A DNA stretch of 64,000 nucleotides from assembly GCF_965641715.1 (NCBI RefSeq), contig NZ_OZ282453.1; one strand, given 5' to 3'. How positions within the stretch are numbered: the first letter of the stretch is position 1; every line of letters starts with the position of its first letter. The translations under genes and the position numbers were made by a program. The notes beneath the pieces were generated by a model. It was not told the DNA's origin, did no database searches, and worked only from the letters and a program-made list of their open reading frames with translations. The stretch comes from Escherichia coli (lineage in GTDB: Bacteria; Pseudomonadota; Gammaproteobacteria; Enterobacterales; Enterobacteriaceae). Positions 22,607 to 34,362 of the stretch are shown in pieces.

Positions 22607-23182
22607 ATGACGCAACAAATCACCCTCATTAAAGACAAAATTCTCTCCGATAACTATTTCACCCTGCACAACATTACTTACGATCTCACGCGCAAAGATG
22701 GCGAAGTTATCCGCCATAAACGTGAAGTTTACGATCGCGGTAATGGTGCGACGATCCTCCTGTACAACGCGAAGAAAAAGACCGTGGTTCTGATTCGTCA
22801 GTTCCGTGTCGCTACCTGGGTTAATGGCAATGAAAGCGGGCAGCTGATTGAAACCTGCGCCGGGCTGCTGGATAACGACGAACCGGAAGTGTGCATTCGC
22901 AAAGAAGCGATTGAAGAGACGGGCTATGAAGTGGGTGAAGTGCGCAAATTATTTGAACTGTATATGTCGCCAGGCGGTGTGACTGAGCTAATCCACTTTT
23001 TTATCGCCGAATACAGTGACAATCAGCGCGCTAACGCCGGTGGCGGTGTCGAAGATGAAGATATTGAAGTGCTCGAGCTGCCGTTCAGCCAGGCGCTGGA
23101 GATGATCAAAACCGGCGAGATACGTGACGGTAAGACGGTGTTATTGCTTAACTATTTGCAAATGTCACATTTAATGGACTGA
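22607..23182 (+). CDS. nudK: GDP-mannose pyrophosphatase (Nudix hydrolase)
   Basis: 191 aa [18 protein letters not shown]...; Nudix-box-like region. Confidence 0.85.
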   Translation: MTQQITLIKDKILSDNYFTLHNITYDLTRKDGEVIRHKREVYDRGNGATILLYNAKKKTVVLIRQFRVATWVNGNESGQLIETCAGLLDNDEPEVCIRKEAIEETGYEVGEVRKLFELYMSPGGVTELIHFFIAEYSDNQRANAGGGVEDEDIEVLELPFSQALEMIKTGEIRDGKTVLLLNYLQMSHLMD

Positions 23183-23307
23183 AAAATAACAATAATATTT
23201 CGTTGTTTATTGTTGGCTCAATCCGACAAATCCGATTGAGCCGCGCTACCTGCGCAACGAAGATACGACTTGTGCTGTTTGTTTGAACTTCTGGGGTCGT
23301 ACCGTCC

Positions 23308-24351
23308 ATGCGCTATCGCATTTTCCTTCTCTTTTTTTTCGCTTTGTTGCCGACGTCTTTGGTGTGGGCGGCACCAGCGCAACGGGCGTTTTCCGACTGG
23401 CAGGTCACCTGTAATAACCAAAACTTCTGCGTGGCGCGTAATACGGGCGATCATAATGGACTGGTGATGACCCTGAGCCGCAGCGCCGGGGCGCATACCG
23501 ATGCCGTTTTACGTATTGAGCGCGGCGGGTTGAAATCGCCGGATGCGTCTGAAGGGGAGATAGCGCCACGGCTGCTGTTAGATGGTGAGCCGTTGGCGTT
23601 AAGTGGTGACAAGTGGCGGATTTCACCATGGTTATTAGTAACCGATGATACGGCAACCATCACCGCGTTTTTGCAGATGATTCAGGAAGGGAAGGCGATC
23701 ACCTTACGCGACGGCAATCAGACCATTTCTCTGAGTGGCTTAAAAGCGGCGTTGTTGTTTATTGATGCTCAGCAAAAGCGCGTTGGCAGTGAAACCGCGT
23801 GGATAAAGAAAGGGGACGAACCGCCGCTCAGCGTACCGCCCGCGCCTGCGCTGAAAGAGGTCGCGGTGGTTAACCCAACGCCGACGCCACTCTCACTCGA
23901 AGAACGCAACGATTTGCTGGATTATGGAAACTGGCGGATGAATGGTCTGCGCTGCTCGCTTGATCCATTGCGTCGTGAGGTGAATGTCACTGCGCTGACT
24001 GATGATAAAGCGCTGATGATGATTAGCTGTGAGGCAGGGGCCTATAACACCATTGATTTGGCATGGATTGTGTCGCGTAAAAAGCCGCTGGCCTCGCGCC
24101 CGGTTCGGTTGCGTTTGCCGTTCAACAACGGTCAGGAGACGAATGAACTGGAACTGATGAACGCAACATTTGATGAGAAATCGCGTGAGCTGGTGACCTT
24201 AGCAAAAGGGCGCGGATTAAGCGATTGTGGCATTCAGGCGCGCTGGCGCTTTGACGGTCAGCGTTTTCGCCTGGTGCGTTACGCCGCAGAACCCACCTGC
24301 GATAACTGGCATGGGCCAGACGCCTGGCCCACGTTGTGGATCACCCGTTAA
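23308..24351 (+). CDS. ypfG: DUF1176-family exported protein YpfG
   Basis: 347 aa with an N-terminal signal peptide. Confidence 0.8.
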   Translation: MRYRIFLLFFFALLPTSLVWAAPAQRAFSDWQVTCNNQNFCVARNTGDHNGLVMTLSRSAGAHTDAVLRIERGGLKSPDASEGEIAPRLLLDGEPLALSGDKWRISPWLLVTDDTATITAFLQMIQEGKAITLRDGNQTISLSGLKAALLFIDAQQKRVGSETAWIKKGDEPPLSVPPAPALKEVAVVNPTPTPLSLEERNDLLDYGNWRMNGLRCSLDPLRREVNVTALTDDKALMMISCEAGAYNTIDLAWIVSRKKPLASRPVRLRLPFNNGQETNELELMNATFDEKSRELVTLAKGRGLSDCGIQARWRFDGQRFRLVRYAAEPTCDNWHGPDAWPTLWITR

Positions 24352-24364
24352 ACAAAATAGCGGG

Positions 24365-24470
24365 ACATGTAGGCCGGATAAGACGCTGTAGGCCGGATAA
24401 GACGCGTCAGCGTCGCATCCGGCAATCAGCATCCGGCAATCAGCGTCCGGCAATCAGCATCTGCCGGTCA
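24365..24470. repeat. REP cluster (BIME-like)
   Basis: Two copies of gtaggccggataagacgc followed by three tandem copies of atccggcaatcagc. Confidence 0.6.
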
Positions 24471-24473
24471 GTA

Positions 24474-26477
24474 TCAGGCACCTTTTACTCCCAGCACCTT
24501 ATGCGCTTTTGCCACAATATTCTCGGCGGTAAAGCCAAAGAACGGGAACAGCTTATCCGCCGGAGCAGATTCCCCGTAACCCGTCATCCCGACAATTGCC
24601 CCTTTCAGACCAACATACTTGTACCAGTAATCGGCAATACCTGCTTCCACCGCCACGCGAGCCGCAACGTTAGAAGGCAACACCGACTCCCGATATTCCT
24701 CATCCTGGGCGTCGAAAATATCGGTCGAGGGCAGGGAAACTACGCGAACATTGCGACCCTCTCCCGCTAATTTCTCTGCCGCTTGCAGGGTGATTTCCAT
24801 CTCTGAACCGGTGGCAATCAGAATAATATCTGGCTTACCGCCGCTGTCTTTCAGCACATAACCGCCACGAGCAATCTCTTTAACCTGATCCGGCGTACGT
24901 TCCACCTGGGCCAGATTCTGCCTGGAGAGAATCAGTGCCGTCGGTCCGTTGTGGCGCTCAACCGCCAGCTTCCAGCCCACCGCCGCTTCCACCTGATCGC
25001 ACGGTCGCCAGGTGCTGAAATTTGGCGTTAAGCGCAGGCTGGCCAGTTGCTCAACAGCCTGGTGCGTCGGACCATCTTCGCCCAGACCAATTGAGTCGTG
25101 GGTATAAACCATAATCTGCCGCGCTTTCATCAGTGCCGCCATCCGCGCGGCGTTACGGGCGTATTCAACAAACATCAGGAACGTTGCGGTATACGGCACA
25201 AAGCCGCCGTGGTGCGCAATGCCATTGGCGATAGCGGTCATGCCAAATTCACGCACCCCGTAGTGAATGTAGTTGCCCGCCGGATCTTCCTTCAGCGAAA
25301 CAGAACCTTTCCAGATGGTCAGGTTGCTGGGAGCCAGATCCGCCGAACCGCCGAGCAGCTCCGGTAGCATCGGCCCGTAAGCGTTAAGCGTATTTTGCGA
25401 AGCCTTACGGGTAGCGATTTTCGCCGGATTCGCCTGCAACTCATTGATATATTTCTGAGTCGTTTTCTCCCAGTCCTTCGGTAAACCACCGCTCATCCGA
25501 CGGGTAAACTCTTCTGCCAGTTGCGGATGAGCCTTTTTATAGGCGGCAAACTTCTCATTCCAGCTCTGCTGCGCTTTTTCGCCTTTTTCGCGGGCATCCC
25601 AGGCGTGATAAATATCTTTAGGGATCTCAAATGGCGGATGGTGCCAGCCCAGTTTTTGCCGTGCCAGCGCCACTTCTTCTTCCCCCAGTGGTGCGCCGTG
25701 CGCCTCTTCCTTACCTGCTTTATTCGGCGAACCAAAGCCAATCACCGTACGGCAGATAATCAGCGACGGCTTATCTTTCACGCTTTGCGCTTCAAGGATC
25801 GCTTCCTTCACCGCCTGCGGATCGTGACCGTCGATTTCATGGATTACATGCCAGTGATAGGCTTCAAAACGTTTTGCCGTATCGTCGGTAAACCAGCCTT
25901 CGGTTTCTCCATCAATCGAAATACCGTTGTGATCGTAAAAACCAATCAGCTTGCCCAGTCCCAGCGTGCCCGCCAGCGAACAGACTTCGTGGGAAATACC
26001 TTCCATCAGGCAGCCGTCGCCCATAAACACATAGGTGAAGTGATCGACAATTTCATGATCCGGCTGGTTAAACTGCGCCGCCAGTGTACGCTCTGCTATC
26101 GCCAGTCCGACGGCGTTCGCCAAACCTTGTCCAAGTGGACCGGTGGTGGTTTCAACACCGGGCGTATAGCCGATTTCCGGGTGGCCAGGGGTTTTCGAAT
26201 GCAACTGACGGAAGTTCTTCAGTTCTTCCAGCGGCAGGTCGTAACCGGTCAGATGTAGCAAACTGTAGAGCAGCATCGACGCGTGACCGTTGGAAAGAAT
26301 AAAGCGGTCGCGATCATACCAGGTTGGGTCGGTAGGGTTATGTTTAAGAAAATCGTTCCACAGCACTTCTGCAATATCAGCCATGCCCATCGGCGCGCCG
26401 GGATGACCAGAATTGGCTTTTTGTACCGCATCCATACTGAGTGCGCGAATCGCATTGGCAAGGTCTTTTCGGGACAT
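24474..26477 (-). CDS. tktB: transketolase 2
   Basis: 667 aa [31 protein letters not shown]... Confidence 0.9.
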   Translation of the reverse strand: MSRKDLANAIRALSMDAVQKANSGHPGAPMGMADIAEVLWNDFLKHNPTDPTWYDRDRFILSNGHASMLLYSLLHLTGYDLPLEELKNFRQLHSKTPGHPEIGYTPGVETTTGPLGQGLANAVGLAIAERTLAAQFNQPDHEIVDHFTYVFMGDGCLMEGISHEVCSLAGTLGLGKLIGFYDHNGISIDGETEGWFTDDTAKRFEAYHWHVIHEIDGHDPQAVKEAILEAQSVKDKPSLIICRTVIGFGSPNKAGKEEAHGAPLGEEEVALARQKLGWHHPPFEIPKDIYHAWDAREKGEKAQQSWNEKFAAYKKAHPQLAEEFTRRMSGGLPKDWEKTTQKYINELQANPAKIATRKASQNTLNAYGPMLPELLGGSADLAPSNLTIWKGSVSLKEDPAGNYIHYGVREFGMTAIANGIAHHGGFVPYTATFLMFVEYARNAARMAALMKARQIMVYTHDSIGLGEDGPTHQAVEQLASLRLTPNFSTWRPCDQVEAAVGWKLAVERHNGPTALILSRQNLAQVERTPDQVKEIARGGYVLKDSGGKPDIILIATGSEMEITLQAAEKLAGEGRNVRVVSLPSTDIFDAQDEEYRESVLPSNVAARVAVEAGIADYWYKYVGLKGAIVGMTGYGESAPADKLFPFFGFTAENIVAKAHKVLGVKGA

Positions 26478-26496
26478 ATAACACTCCGTGGCTGGT

Positions 26497-27447
26497 TTAT
26501 AGTTTGGCGGCAAGAAGATCTTCCAGTTTGCGTTGATCAACGGCGAACAGACGAATGCCTTCAGACAGTTTTTCTACCGCCATCGCATCCTGATTGTGCA
26601 CCCAACGGAACTCCGCTTCGCTCATGGGAGCTGGGCGTGGGAACGTCTGAGAAGGTGGGATTAATTTACGTACCACTGGCGAAACTTTTTCCTGCAGCTC
26701 CTTCAGCAAATTCGGTGCGATAGTCAGTCGATCGCAGCCGGTTAAGGCGAGGATTTGTTCGGTGCGACGGAAGCTCGCGCCCATCACAATGGTTTCATAG
26801 TGGTGTTGCTTATAGTAGTCGTAGATATTGCGCACCGATTTAACGCCCGGATCTTCTTCCACCACATACGGGTCCATCGGCTTGCGTGCCTGATACCAGT
26901 CATAAATACGCCCGACAAACGGCGAAATCAGAAAAACGCCTGCTTCTGCACAGGCCCGTGCCTGGGCAAAAGAAAACAGCAGCGTCAGGTTGCAGTTAAT
27001 ACCTTCTTTTTCCAGCTCTTCTGCCGCGCGAATTCCTTCCCAGGTCGAAGCCAGCTTGATCAGAATGCGTGATTTCTCAACGCCTTGTTGCTGATACAAG
27101 TCCACCAGATGGCGCGCCTTCTCAATACTCTTTTCTTTATCAAAAGAGAGGCGTGCATCAACTTCTGTTGACACGCGACCGGGTACGATTTTGAGGATTT
27201 CAGCACCGAAATTGACCGCCAGTTTGTCACACGCTGCGACCACCTGTTGTTCCTGGGTCTTGCCATTTTTTTTACCCCAGGCGATAGCATCGTCTATTAA
27301 ATGCTCATATTGTGATAATCCGGCAGCCTTGAGCAACAGCGAAGGATTGGTGGTGGCATCCTGGGGATGATAATGGCGAATGGACTCAATATCGCCGCTG
27401 TCTGCCACGACAGTGGTGAACTGTTTGATGCCGTCTAACTCGTTCAT
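26497..27447 (-). CDS. talA: transaldolase A
   Basis: 316 aa [23 protein letters not shown]... Confidence 0.9.
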   Translation of the reverse strand: MNELDGIKQFTTVVADSGDIESIRHYHPQDATTNPSLLLKAAGLSQYEHLIDDAIAWGKKNGKTQEQQVVAACDKLAVNFGAEILKIVPGRVSTEVDARLSFDKEKSIEKARHLVDLYQQQGVEKSRILIKLASTWEGIRAAEELEKEGINCNLTLLFSFAQARACAEAGVFLISPFVGRIYDWYQARKPMDPYVVEEDPGVKSVRNIYDYYKQHHYETIVMGASFRRTEQILALTGCDRLTIAPNLLKELQEKVSPVVRKLIPPSQTFPRPAPMSEAEFRWVHNQDAMAVEKLSEGIRLFAVDQRKLEDLLAAKL

Positions 27448-27735
27448 AGGAAATACTCCTTGAAAAGTAAAGTGTTAGATGAGTGCGTTAATTCACACTT
27501 CTGAGAAATTTCGCTAAACGCATCAAAAAAGCATAGCAGACAGGCATGGTATTGCTGGATTAAGCAGGTAACATCAGTGTTATAGGATTATTACCAAAAC
27601 ATTATATTAATGGTGAGAGTTTGGACTTGCTCAAAGTCTGTAGACTCCGGCAAGGTAATAATGTGCGCCACGTTGTGGGCAGGGGCTGTTGCCCACACAC
27701 TTTATTTGTGAACGTTACGTGAAAGGAACAACCAA

Positions 27736-30015
27736 ATGGATGACCAGTTAAAACAAAGTGCACTTGATTTCCATGAATTTCCAGTTCCAGGGAAAATCCA
27801 GGTTTCTCCAACCAAGCCTCTGGCAACGCAGCGCGATCTGGCGCTGGCCTACTCACCAGGCGTTGCCGCACCTTGTCTTGAAATCGAAAAAGACCCGTTA
27901 AAAGCCTACAAATATACCGCGCGCGGTAACCTGGTGGCGGTGATCTCTAACGGTACGGCGGTGCTGGGGTTAGGCAACATTGGCGCGCTGGCAGGCAAAC
28001 CGGTGATGGAAGGCAAGGGCGTTCTGTTTAAGAAATTCGCCGGGATTGATGTATTTGACATTGAAGTTGACGAACTCGACCCGGACAAATTTATTGAAGT
28101 TGTCGCTGCGCTCGAACCGACCTTCGGCGGAATCAACCTCGAAGACATTAAAGCGCCAGAATGTTTCTATATTGAACAGAAACTGCGCGAGCGGATGAAT
28201 ATTCCGGTATTCCACGACGATCAGCACGGCACGGCAATCATCAGCACTGCCGCCATCCTCAACGGCTTGCGCGTGGTGGAGAAAAACATCTCCGACGTGC
28301 GGATGGTGGTTTCCGGCGCGGGTGCCGCAGCAATCGCCTGTATGAACCTGCTGGTAGCGCTGGGTCTGCAAAAACATAACATCGTGGTTTGCGATTCAAA
28401 AGGCGTTATCTATCAGGGCCGTGAGCTAAACATGGCGGAAACCAAAGCCGCATATGCGGTGGTGGATGACGGCAAACGTACCCTAGATGATGTGATTGAA
28501 GGCGCGGATATTTTCCTCGGCTGTTCCGGCCCGAAAGTGCTGACCCAGGAAATGGTGAAGAAAATGGCTCGTGCGCCAATGATCCTGGCGCTGGCGAACC
28601 CGGAACCGGAAATTCTGCCGCCGCTGGCGAAAGAAGTGCGTCCGGATGCCATCATTTGCACCGGTCGTTCTGACTACCCGAACCAGGTGAACAACGTCCT
28701 TTGCTTCCCGTTTATCTTCCGTGGCGCGCTGGACGTTGGCGCAACGGCTATCAATGAAGAGATGAAACTGGCGGCGGTACGCGCGATTGCAGAACTGGCC
28801 CATGCGGAACAGAGCGAAGTGGTGGCTTCAGCGTATGGCGATCAGGATCTGAGCTTTGGTCCGGAATACATCATTCCAAAACCGTTTGATCCGCGCTTGA
28901 TCGTTAAGATCGCTCCTGCGGTCGCGAAAGCGGCGATGGAGTCGGGCGTGGCGACGCGTCCGATTGCTGATTTCGACGTCTACATCGACAAGCTGACTGA
29001 GTTCGTTTACAAAACCAACCTGTTTATGAAGCCGATTTTCTCCCAGGCTCGCAAAGCGCCGAAGCGCGTAGTTCTGCCGGAAGGGGAAGAGGCGCGCGTT
29101 CTGCATGCCACTCAGGAACTGGTAACGCTGGGACTGGCGAAACCGATCCTTATCGGTCGTCCGAACGTGATCGAAATGCGCATTCAGAAACTGGGCTTGC
29201 AGATCAAATCGGGCGTTGATTTTGAGATCGTCAATAACGAATCCGATCCGCGCTTTAAAGAGTACTGGACCGAATACTTCCAGATCATGAAGCGTCGCGG
29301 TGTCACTCAGGAACAGGCGCAGCGTGCGCTGATCAGTAACCCGACAGTGATCGGCGCGATCATGGTTCAGCGTGGGGAAGCCGATGCAATGATCTGCGGT
29401 ACGGTGGGCGATTATCATGAACATTTTAGCGTGGTGAAAAATGTCTTTGGTTATCGCGATGGCGTTCACACCGCAGGTGCAATGAACGCGCTGCTGCTGC
29501 CGAGTGGTAACACCTTTATTGCCGATACATATGTTAATGATGAACCGGATGCAGAAGAGCTGGCGGAGATCACCTTGATGGCGGCAGAAACTGTCCGTCG
29601 TTTTGGTATTGAGCCGCGCGTTGCTCTGTTGTCGCACTCCAACTTTGGTTCTTCTGACTGCCCGTCGTCGAGCAAAATGCGTCAGGCGCTGGAACTGGTC
29701 AGGGAACGTGCGCCAGAACTGATGATTGATGGTGAAATGCACGGCGATGCAGCGCTGGTGGAAGCGATTCGCAACGACCGTATGCCGGACAGCCCTTTGA
29801 AAGGTTCCGCCAATATTCTGGTAATGCCAAACATGGAAGCTGCCCGCATTAGTTACAACTTACTGCGCGTTTCCAGCTCGGAAGGTGTGACTGTCGGTCC
29901 GGTGCTGATGGGCGTGGCGAAACCGGTTCACGTGTTAACGCCGATCGCATCGGTACGTCGTATCGTCAACATGGTGGCGCTGGCCGTGGTTGAAGCGCAA
30001 ACCCAACCGCTGTAA
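27736..30015 (+). CDS. maeB: NADP-dependent malic enzyme
   Basis: 759 aa; N-terminal malic-enzyme domain and C-terminal phosphotransacetylase-like domain. Confidence 0.9.
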   Translation: MDDQLKQSALDFHEFPVPGKIQVSPTKPLATQRDLALAYSPGVAAPCLEIEKDPLKAYKYTARGNLVAVISNGTAVLGLGNIGALAGKPVMEGKGVLFKKFAGIDVFDIEVDELDPDKFIEVVAALEPTFGGINLEDIKAPECFYIEQKLRERMNIPVFHDDQHGTAIISTAAILNGLRVVEKNISDVRMVVSGAGAAAIACMNLLVALGLQKHNIVVCDSKGVIYQGRELNMAETKAAYAVVDDGKRTLDDVIEGADIFLGCSGPKVLTQEMVKKMARAPMILALANPEPEILPPLAKEVRPDAIICTGRSDYPNQVNNVLCFPFIFRGALDVGATAINEEMKLAAVRAIAELAHAEQSEVVASAYGDQDLSFGPEYIIPKPFDPRLIVKIAPAVAKAAMESGVATRPIADFDVYIDKLTEFVYKTNLFMKPIFSQARKAPKRVVLPEGEEARVLHATQELVTLGLAKPILIGRPNVIEMRIQKLGLQIKSGVDFEIVNNESDPRFKEYWTEYFQIMKRRGVTQEQAQRALISNPTVIGAIMVQRGEADAMICGTVGDYHEHFSVVKNVFGYRDGVHTAGAMNALLLPSGNTFIADTYVNDEPDAEELAEITLMAAETVRRFGIEPRVALLSHSNFGSSDCPSSSKMRQALELVRERAPELMIDGEMHGDAALVEAIRNDRMPDSPLKGSANILVMPNMEAARISYNLLRVSSSEGVTVGPVLMGVAKPVHVLTPIASVRRIVNMVALAVVEAQTQPL

Positions 30016-30032
30016 TTCTTTTTTAACTCTCA

Positions 30033-30060
30033 CGCTTACCCTGAATATTCAGGGTAAGCG
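30033..30060. terminator. hairpin terminator after maeB
   Basis: Perfect inverted repeat cgcttaccctg aatatt cagggtaagcg. Confidence 0.5.
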
Positions 30061-30308
30061 GTTTGGCTGCAATATATTAGTAAAGCTTATTACTGAGTTT
30101 GCGAATAATAAAAAAAAGCAGTCTATATAATATCTCGATATTATTTTATTTATATTCATGCGTTGCATATGAAAGTTTATGCACCACAGCGAATATCTCT
30201 CCATTCTTAGTGATCTACCTCACCTTTTAAACGCGCTTGCCGAATTTTGTTATTTACTCTGACGAAAAATTGTCACGATACACGAAAGTTTTTCACAGGC
30301 GGCGACTC

Positions 30309-30644
30309 ATGGATAAAGAACGCATCATTCAGGAATTTGTGCCCGGTAAACAAGTCACACTGGCGCATCTCATCGCGCATCCCGGCGAGGAACTGGCGAA
30401 GAAAATCGGCGTTCCGGATGCGGGCGCAATTGGCATTATGACGCTAACTCCTGGCGAAACGGCGATGATCGCCGGTGATTTAGCATTGAAAGCCGCTGAT
30501 GTGCATATCGGTTTTCTCGACCGTTTTAGCGGCGCGCTGGTGATTTATGGCTCGGTGGGTGCAGTAGAAGAAGCGTTATCACAAACCGTCAGTGGTTTAG
30601 GTCGCTTATTAAATTATACGCTTTGTGAAATGACCAAAAGTTAA
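30309..30644 (+). CDS. eutS: ethanolamine microcompartment shell protein EutS
   Basis: 111 aa [21 protein letters not shown]... Confidence 0.85.
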
Positions 30645-30656
30645 TACGAGGCATTC

Positions 30657-31136
30657 ATGAAACGAATTGCGTTTGTGGGTACCGTCGGGGCAGGGAAAAC
30701 AACGTTATTTAATGCGTTGCAGGGGAATTATACCCTCGCCAGAAAAACACAGGCCGTGGAATTTAATGATAAGGGCGATATTGATACGCCGGGTGAATAT
30801 TTTAGCCATCCCCGCTGGTATCACGCCTTAATTACCACGCTACAGGATGTGGACATGCTGATCTATGTCCACGGCGCGAATGACCCGGAAAGTCGGTTGC
30901 CTGCCGGGTTGCTGGATATTGGCGTCAGCAAACGGCAAATCGCCGTCATCAGTAAAACGGACATGCCAGATGCTGACGTCGCCGCAACGCGAAAGTTATT
31001 GCTTGAGACTGGCTTCGAAGAGCCAATTTTCGAGCTAAACAGCCACGACCCGCAAAGCGTGCAGCAACTGGTGGATTATCTGGCATCTCTCACCAAACAG
31101 GAGGAAGCAGGTGAAAAAACTCATCACAGCGAATGA
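30657..31136 (+). CDS. eutP: ethanolamine utilization GTPase-like protein EutP
   Basis: 159 aa with GTVGAGKTT P-loop. Confidence 0.85.
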   Translation: MKRIAFVGTVGAGKTTLFNALQGNYTLARKTQAVEFNDKGDIDTPGEYFSHPRWYHALITTLQDVDMLIYVHGANDPESRLPAGLLDIGVSKRQIAVISKTDMPDADVAATRKLLLETGFEEPIFELNSHDPQSVQQLVDYLASLTKQEEAGEKTHHSE

Positions 31137-31812
31137 TATTCGTGAAGCACACGCGCGCGGCGAACAGGCAATGTCCGTGGTTCTGCGCGCCAGCATTATT
31201 ACCCCGGAAGCCCGTGAAGTGGCGGATCTACTGGGTTTTACCATCACCGAATGTGATGAATCGATCCCGGTAACGGCGTCCGTGCCCGCCAGCGTGCCAG
31301 CCGATAAAACCGAAAGTCAGCGCATCCGCGAAACCATCATTGCCCAGCTGCCGGAAGGCCAGTTTACCGAAAGCCTGGTCGCGCAGTTGATGGAAAAAGT
31401 GATGAAGGAAAAACAGTCGCTGGAGCAGGGTGCAATGCAGCCGAGCTTCAAATCGGTGACCGGCAAAGGCGGCATCAAAGTGATTGATGGCAGCAGCGTC
31501 AAGTTTGGTCGTTTCGACGGCGCAGAGCCGCATTGCGTGGGCTTAACTGACCTTGTGACCGGAGACGACGGCAGCAGCATGGCCGCTGGTTTTATGCAGT
31601 GGGAGAACGCATTCTTCCCGTGGCCCCTGAACTACGACGAAATCGACATGGTGCTGGAAGGGGAGCTGCATGTTCGCCACGCAGGCGAAACCATGATCGC
31701 TAAAGCAGGCGACGTGATGTTTATCCCGAAAGGCTCCAGCATCGAATTTGGTACGACATCCAGCGTGAAATTCCTGTATGTCGCCTGGCCGGCTAACTGG
31801 CAATCCCTATGA
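31111..31812 (+). CDS. eutQ: ethanolamine utilization protein EutQ (cupin)
   Basis: 233 aa; start overlaps the eutP 3' end by 26 nt. Confidence 0.85.
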   Translation: MKKLITANDIREAHARGEQAMSVVLRASIITPEAREVADLLGFTITECDESIPVTASVPASVPADKTESQRIRETIIAQLPEGQFTESLVAQLMEKVMKEKQSLEQGAMQPSFKSVTGKGGIKVIDGSSVKFGRFDGAEPHCVGLTDLVTGDDGSSMAAGFMQWENAFFPWPLNYDEIDMVLEGELHVRHAGETMIAKAGDVMFIPKGSSIEFGTTSSVKFLYVAWPANWQSL

Positions 31813-32612
31813 AAGATTTCATCACCGAAGCATGGCTAAGAGCGAACCATACGCTCAGCGAAGGCGCAGAGATCCATCTCCCTGCGGACAGTCGCCTGAC
31901 GCCCTCTGCCCGGGAGTTGCTGGAAAGCCGCCATCTGCGCATCAAGTTTATTGACGAGCAGGGCCGCCTGTTTGTTGACGATGAACAGCAGCAGCCGCAG
32001 CCCGTTCATGGGCTGACCAGTAGCGATGAACATCCGCAGGCGTGCTGCGAACTGTGCCGCCAGCCGGTGGCAAAAAAGCCGGACACGCTGACTCACCTGT
32101 CGGCGGAAAAAATGGTCGCCAAAAGCGATCCGCGTCTGGGTTTTCGCGCGGTTCTCGACAGCACCATTGCGCTGGCAGTGTGGCTGCAAATTGAACTGGC
32201 GGAACCGTGGCAGCCGTGGCTTGCGGATATCCGTTCGCGTCTTGGCAACATTATGCGTGCCGATGCGCTGGGGGAACCGCTGGGCGATCAAGCGATTGTC
32301 GGGCTTTCTGACGAAGATCTGCATCGGCTTTCTCATCAGCCGCTGCGCTATCTCGGCCACGATCATCTGGTGCCGGAAGCCAGCCACGGGCGCGATGCTG
32401 CGTTGCTCAATCTGCTACGCACCAAAGTGCGGGAAACCGAAACCGTAGCGGCGCAGGTGTTTATCACCCGCAGCTTTGAAGTATTACGCCCGGACATCTT
32501 GCAGGCGCTGAACCGCCTTTCGAGCACGGTCTACGTGATGATGATCCTGAGCGTAACGAAGCCGCCGCTAACGGTGAAGCAGATCCAACAACGACTGGGG
32601 GAAACGCAATGA
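31809..32612 (+). CDS. eutT: ethanolamine utilization cob(I)alamin adenosyltransferase EutT
   Basis: 267 aa; 4-nt overlap with both neighbours. Confidence 0.85.
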   Translation: MKDFITEAWLRANHTLSEGAEIHLPADSRLTPSARELLESRHLRIKFIDEQGRLFVDDEQQQPQPVHGLTSSDEHPQACCELCRQPVAKKPDTLTHLSAEKMVAKSDPRLGFRAVLDSTIALAVWLQIELAEPWQPWLADIRSRLGNIMRADALGEPLGDQAIVGLSDEDLHRLSHQPLRYLGHDHLVPEASHGRDAALLNLLRTKVRETETVAAQVFITRSFEVLRPDILQALNRLSSTVYVMMILSVTKPPLTVKQIQQRLGETQ

Positions 32613-33625
32613 TTATTGAACGTTGTCGTGAACTGGCGTTGCGAGCGCCCGCCAGGGTGGTTTTTCCGGATGCGTTAGATCAACGTGTGCTGAAAGCTGC
32701 GCAATATTTACATCAACAAGGTCTGGCAACGCCCATTCTGGTCGCCAATCCGTTTGAACTTCGTCAGTTTGCGCTCAGTCACGGCGTGGCGATGGACGGG
32801 CTACAGGTGATTGATCCGCATGGCAACCTCGCAATGCGGGAAGAATTTGCTCATCGCTGGCTGGCCCGCGCGGGCGAAAAAACGCCGCCGGATGCGCTGG
32901 AAAAACTTACCGATCCGCTGATGTTCGCCGCCGCAATGGTCAGCGCCGGTAAAGCGGATGTCTGTATCGCGGGCAACCTCTCTTCCACGGCGAATGTGCT
33001 GCGTGCCGGATTACGCATTATCGGCTTGCAGCCAGGCTGTAAAACGCTCTCTTCCATTTTCCTGATGCTGCCACAGTACAGCGGTCCGGCGTTGGGTTTT
33101 GCGGATTGCAGCGTGGTGCCACAGCCGACGGCGGCGCAGCTGGCGGATATCGCACTTGCCAGCGCTGAAACCTGGCGCACCATCACCGGAGAAGAGCCGC
33201 GCGTGGCGATGTTGTCGTTTTCCAGCAACGGTAGCGCCCGTCACCCCTGCGTTGCCAATGTCCAGCAGGCGACAGAAATCGTCCGTGAGCGCGCACCAAA
33301 GCTGGTAGTCGATGGCGAGTTGCAGTTTGACGCCGCCTTCGTGCCGGAAGTGGCGGCGCAAAAAGCGCCTGCCAGCCCGCTACAGGGCAAGGCCAATGTG
33401 ATGGTTTTTCCGTCGCTGGAAGCCGGAAATATTGGCTACAAAATCGCACAACGACTCGGCGGATATCGTGCCGTCGGGCCATTGATACAAGGACTTGCCG
33501 CGCCGATGCACGATCTCTCTCGTGGTTGTAGCGTGCAGGAAATTATCGAGCTGGCGCTGGTGGCAGCTGTGCCGCGTCAGACAGAAATGAACCGCGAAAG
33601 CAGTTTACAAACACTGGTTGAATGA
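32609..33625 (+). CDS. eutD: ethanolamine utilization phosphotransacetylase EutD
   Basis: 338 aa phosphate acetyltransferase-like sequence. Confidence 0.85.
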   Translation: MIIERCRELALRAPARVVFPDALDQRVLKAAQYLHQQGLATPILVANPFELRQFALSHGVAMDGLQVIDPHGNLAMREEFAHRWLARAGEKTPPDALEKLTDPLMFAAAMVSAGKADVCIAGNLSSTANVLRAGLRIIGLQPGCKTLSSIFLMLPQYSGPALGFADCSVVPQPTAAQLADIALASAETWRTITGEEPRVAMLSFSSNGSARHPCVANVQQATEIVRERAPKLVVDGELQFDAAFVPEVAAQKAPASPLQGKANVMVFPSLEAGNIGYKIAQRLGGYRAVGPLIQGLAAPMHDLSRGCSVQEIIELALVAAVPRQTEMNRESSLQTLVE

Positions 33626-33663
33626 ACGGTCCCGTTCTGGACCCTGATAAAGAGGAAAGCACA

Positions 33664-33957
33664 ATGGAAGCATTAGGAATGATCGAAACCCGGGGCCTGG
33701 TTGCACTGATTGAGGCTTCTGACGCGATGGTGAAAGCTGCGCGCGTCAAGCTGGTTGGTGTTAAGCAGATTGGCGGCGGCCTGTGTACTGCCATGGTTCG
33801 TGGTGATGTTGCAGCCTGTAAAGCGGCGACCGATGCCGGTGCCGCAGCGGCACAGCGTATCGGCGAGCTGGTATCTGTACACGTTATCCCGCGTCCGCAC
33901 GGCGACCTGGAAGAAGTGTTCCCGATCGGCCTGAAAGGCGATAGCAGCAACCTGTAA
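33664..33957 (+). CDS. eutM: microcompartment shell protein EutM (BMC domain)
   Basis: 97 aa [26 protein letters not shown]... Confidence 0.9.
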   Translation: MEALGMIETRGLVALIEASDAMVKAARVKLVGVKQIGGGLCTAMVRGDVAACKAATDAGAAAAQRIGELVSVHVIPRPHGDLEEVFPIGLKGDSSNL

Positions 33958-34063
33958 TCACCCTGTGTGACGTCGATTCGGGCGTCACGCTCTCTCATTT
34001 TTCATTTTACCTTCCGCGGAGGGTAGGGGGAGCTTTTACCTGAAATACGCCACGGAGGCGGGT

Positions 34064-34351
34064 ATGAAACTGGCAGTCGTCACTGGACAAATTGTTTGTA
34101 CCGTACGCCATCACGGACTGGCGCATGACAAATTGCTGATGGTGGAAATGATTGATCCACAAGGTAATCCTGACGGGCAATGTGCCGTCGCCATCGACAA
34201 TATTGGCGCGGGAACCGGGGAGTGGGTGTTGCTGGTGAGTGGCAGTTCCGCCCGCCAGGCGCATAAAAGCGAAACGTCACCGGTCGATCTGTGCGTGATT
34301 GGCATCGTCGATGAGGTGGTGTCTGGCGGTCAGGTAATTTTCCACAAATAA
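34064..34351 (+). CDS. eutN: microcompartment vertex protein EutN
   Basis: 95 aa MKLAVVTGQIVCTVRHHGL... Confidence 0.85.
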   Translation: MKLAVVTGQIVCTVRHHGLAHDKLLMVEMIDPQGNPDGQCAVAIDNIGAGTGEWVLLVSGSSARQAHKSETSPVDLCVIGIVDEVVSGGQVIFHK

Positions 34352-34362
34352 GGCAGAACATC

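Noticed and set aside
25521-26258. 245-aa plus-strand ORF inside tktB
   Set aside because: Antisense to the transketolase frame; Arg/Phe-rich unnatural composition.
28828-29742. 304-aa ORF on the minus strand inside maeB
   Set aside because: Entirely antisense to a well-supported maeB frame; Arg/Gln/His-rich low-complexity translation typical of GC-rich antisense frames.
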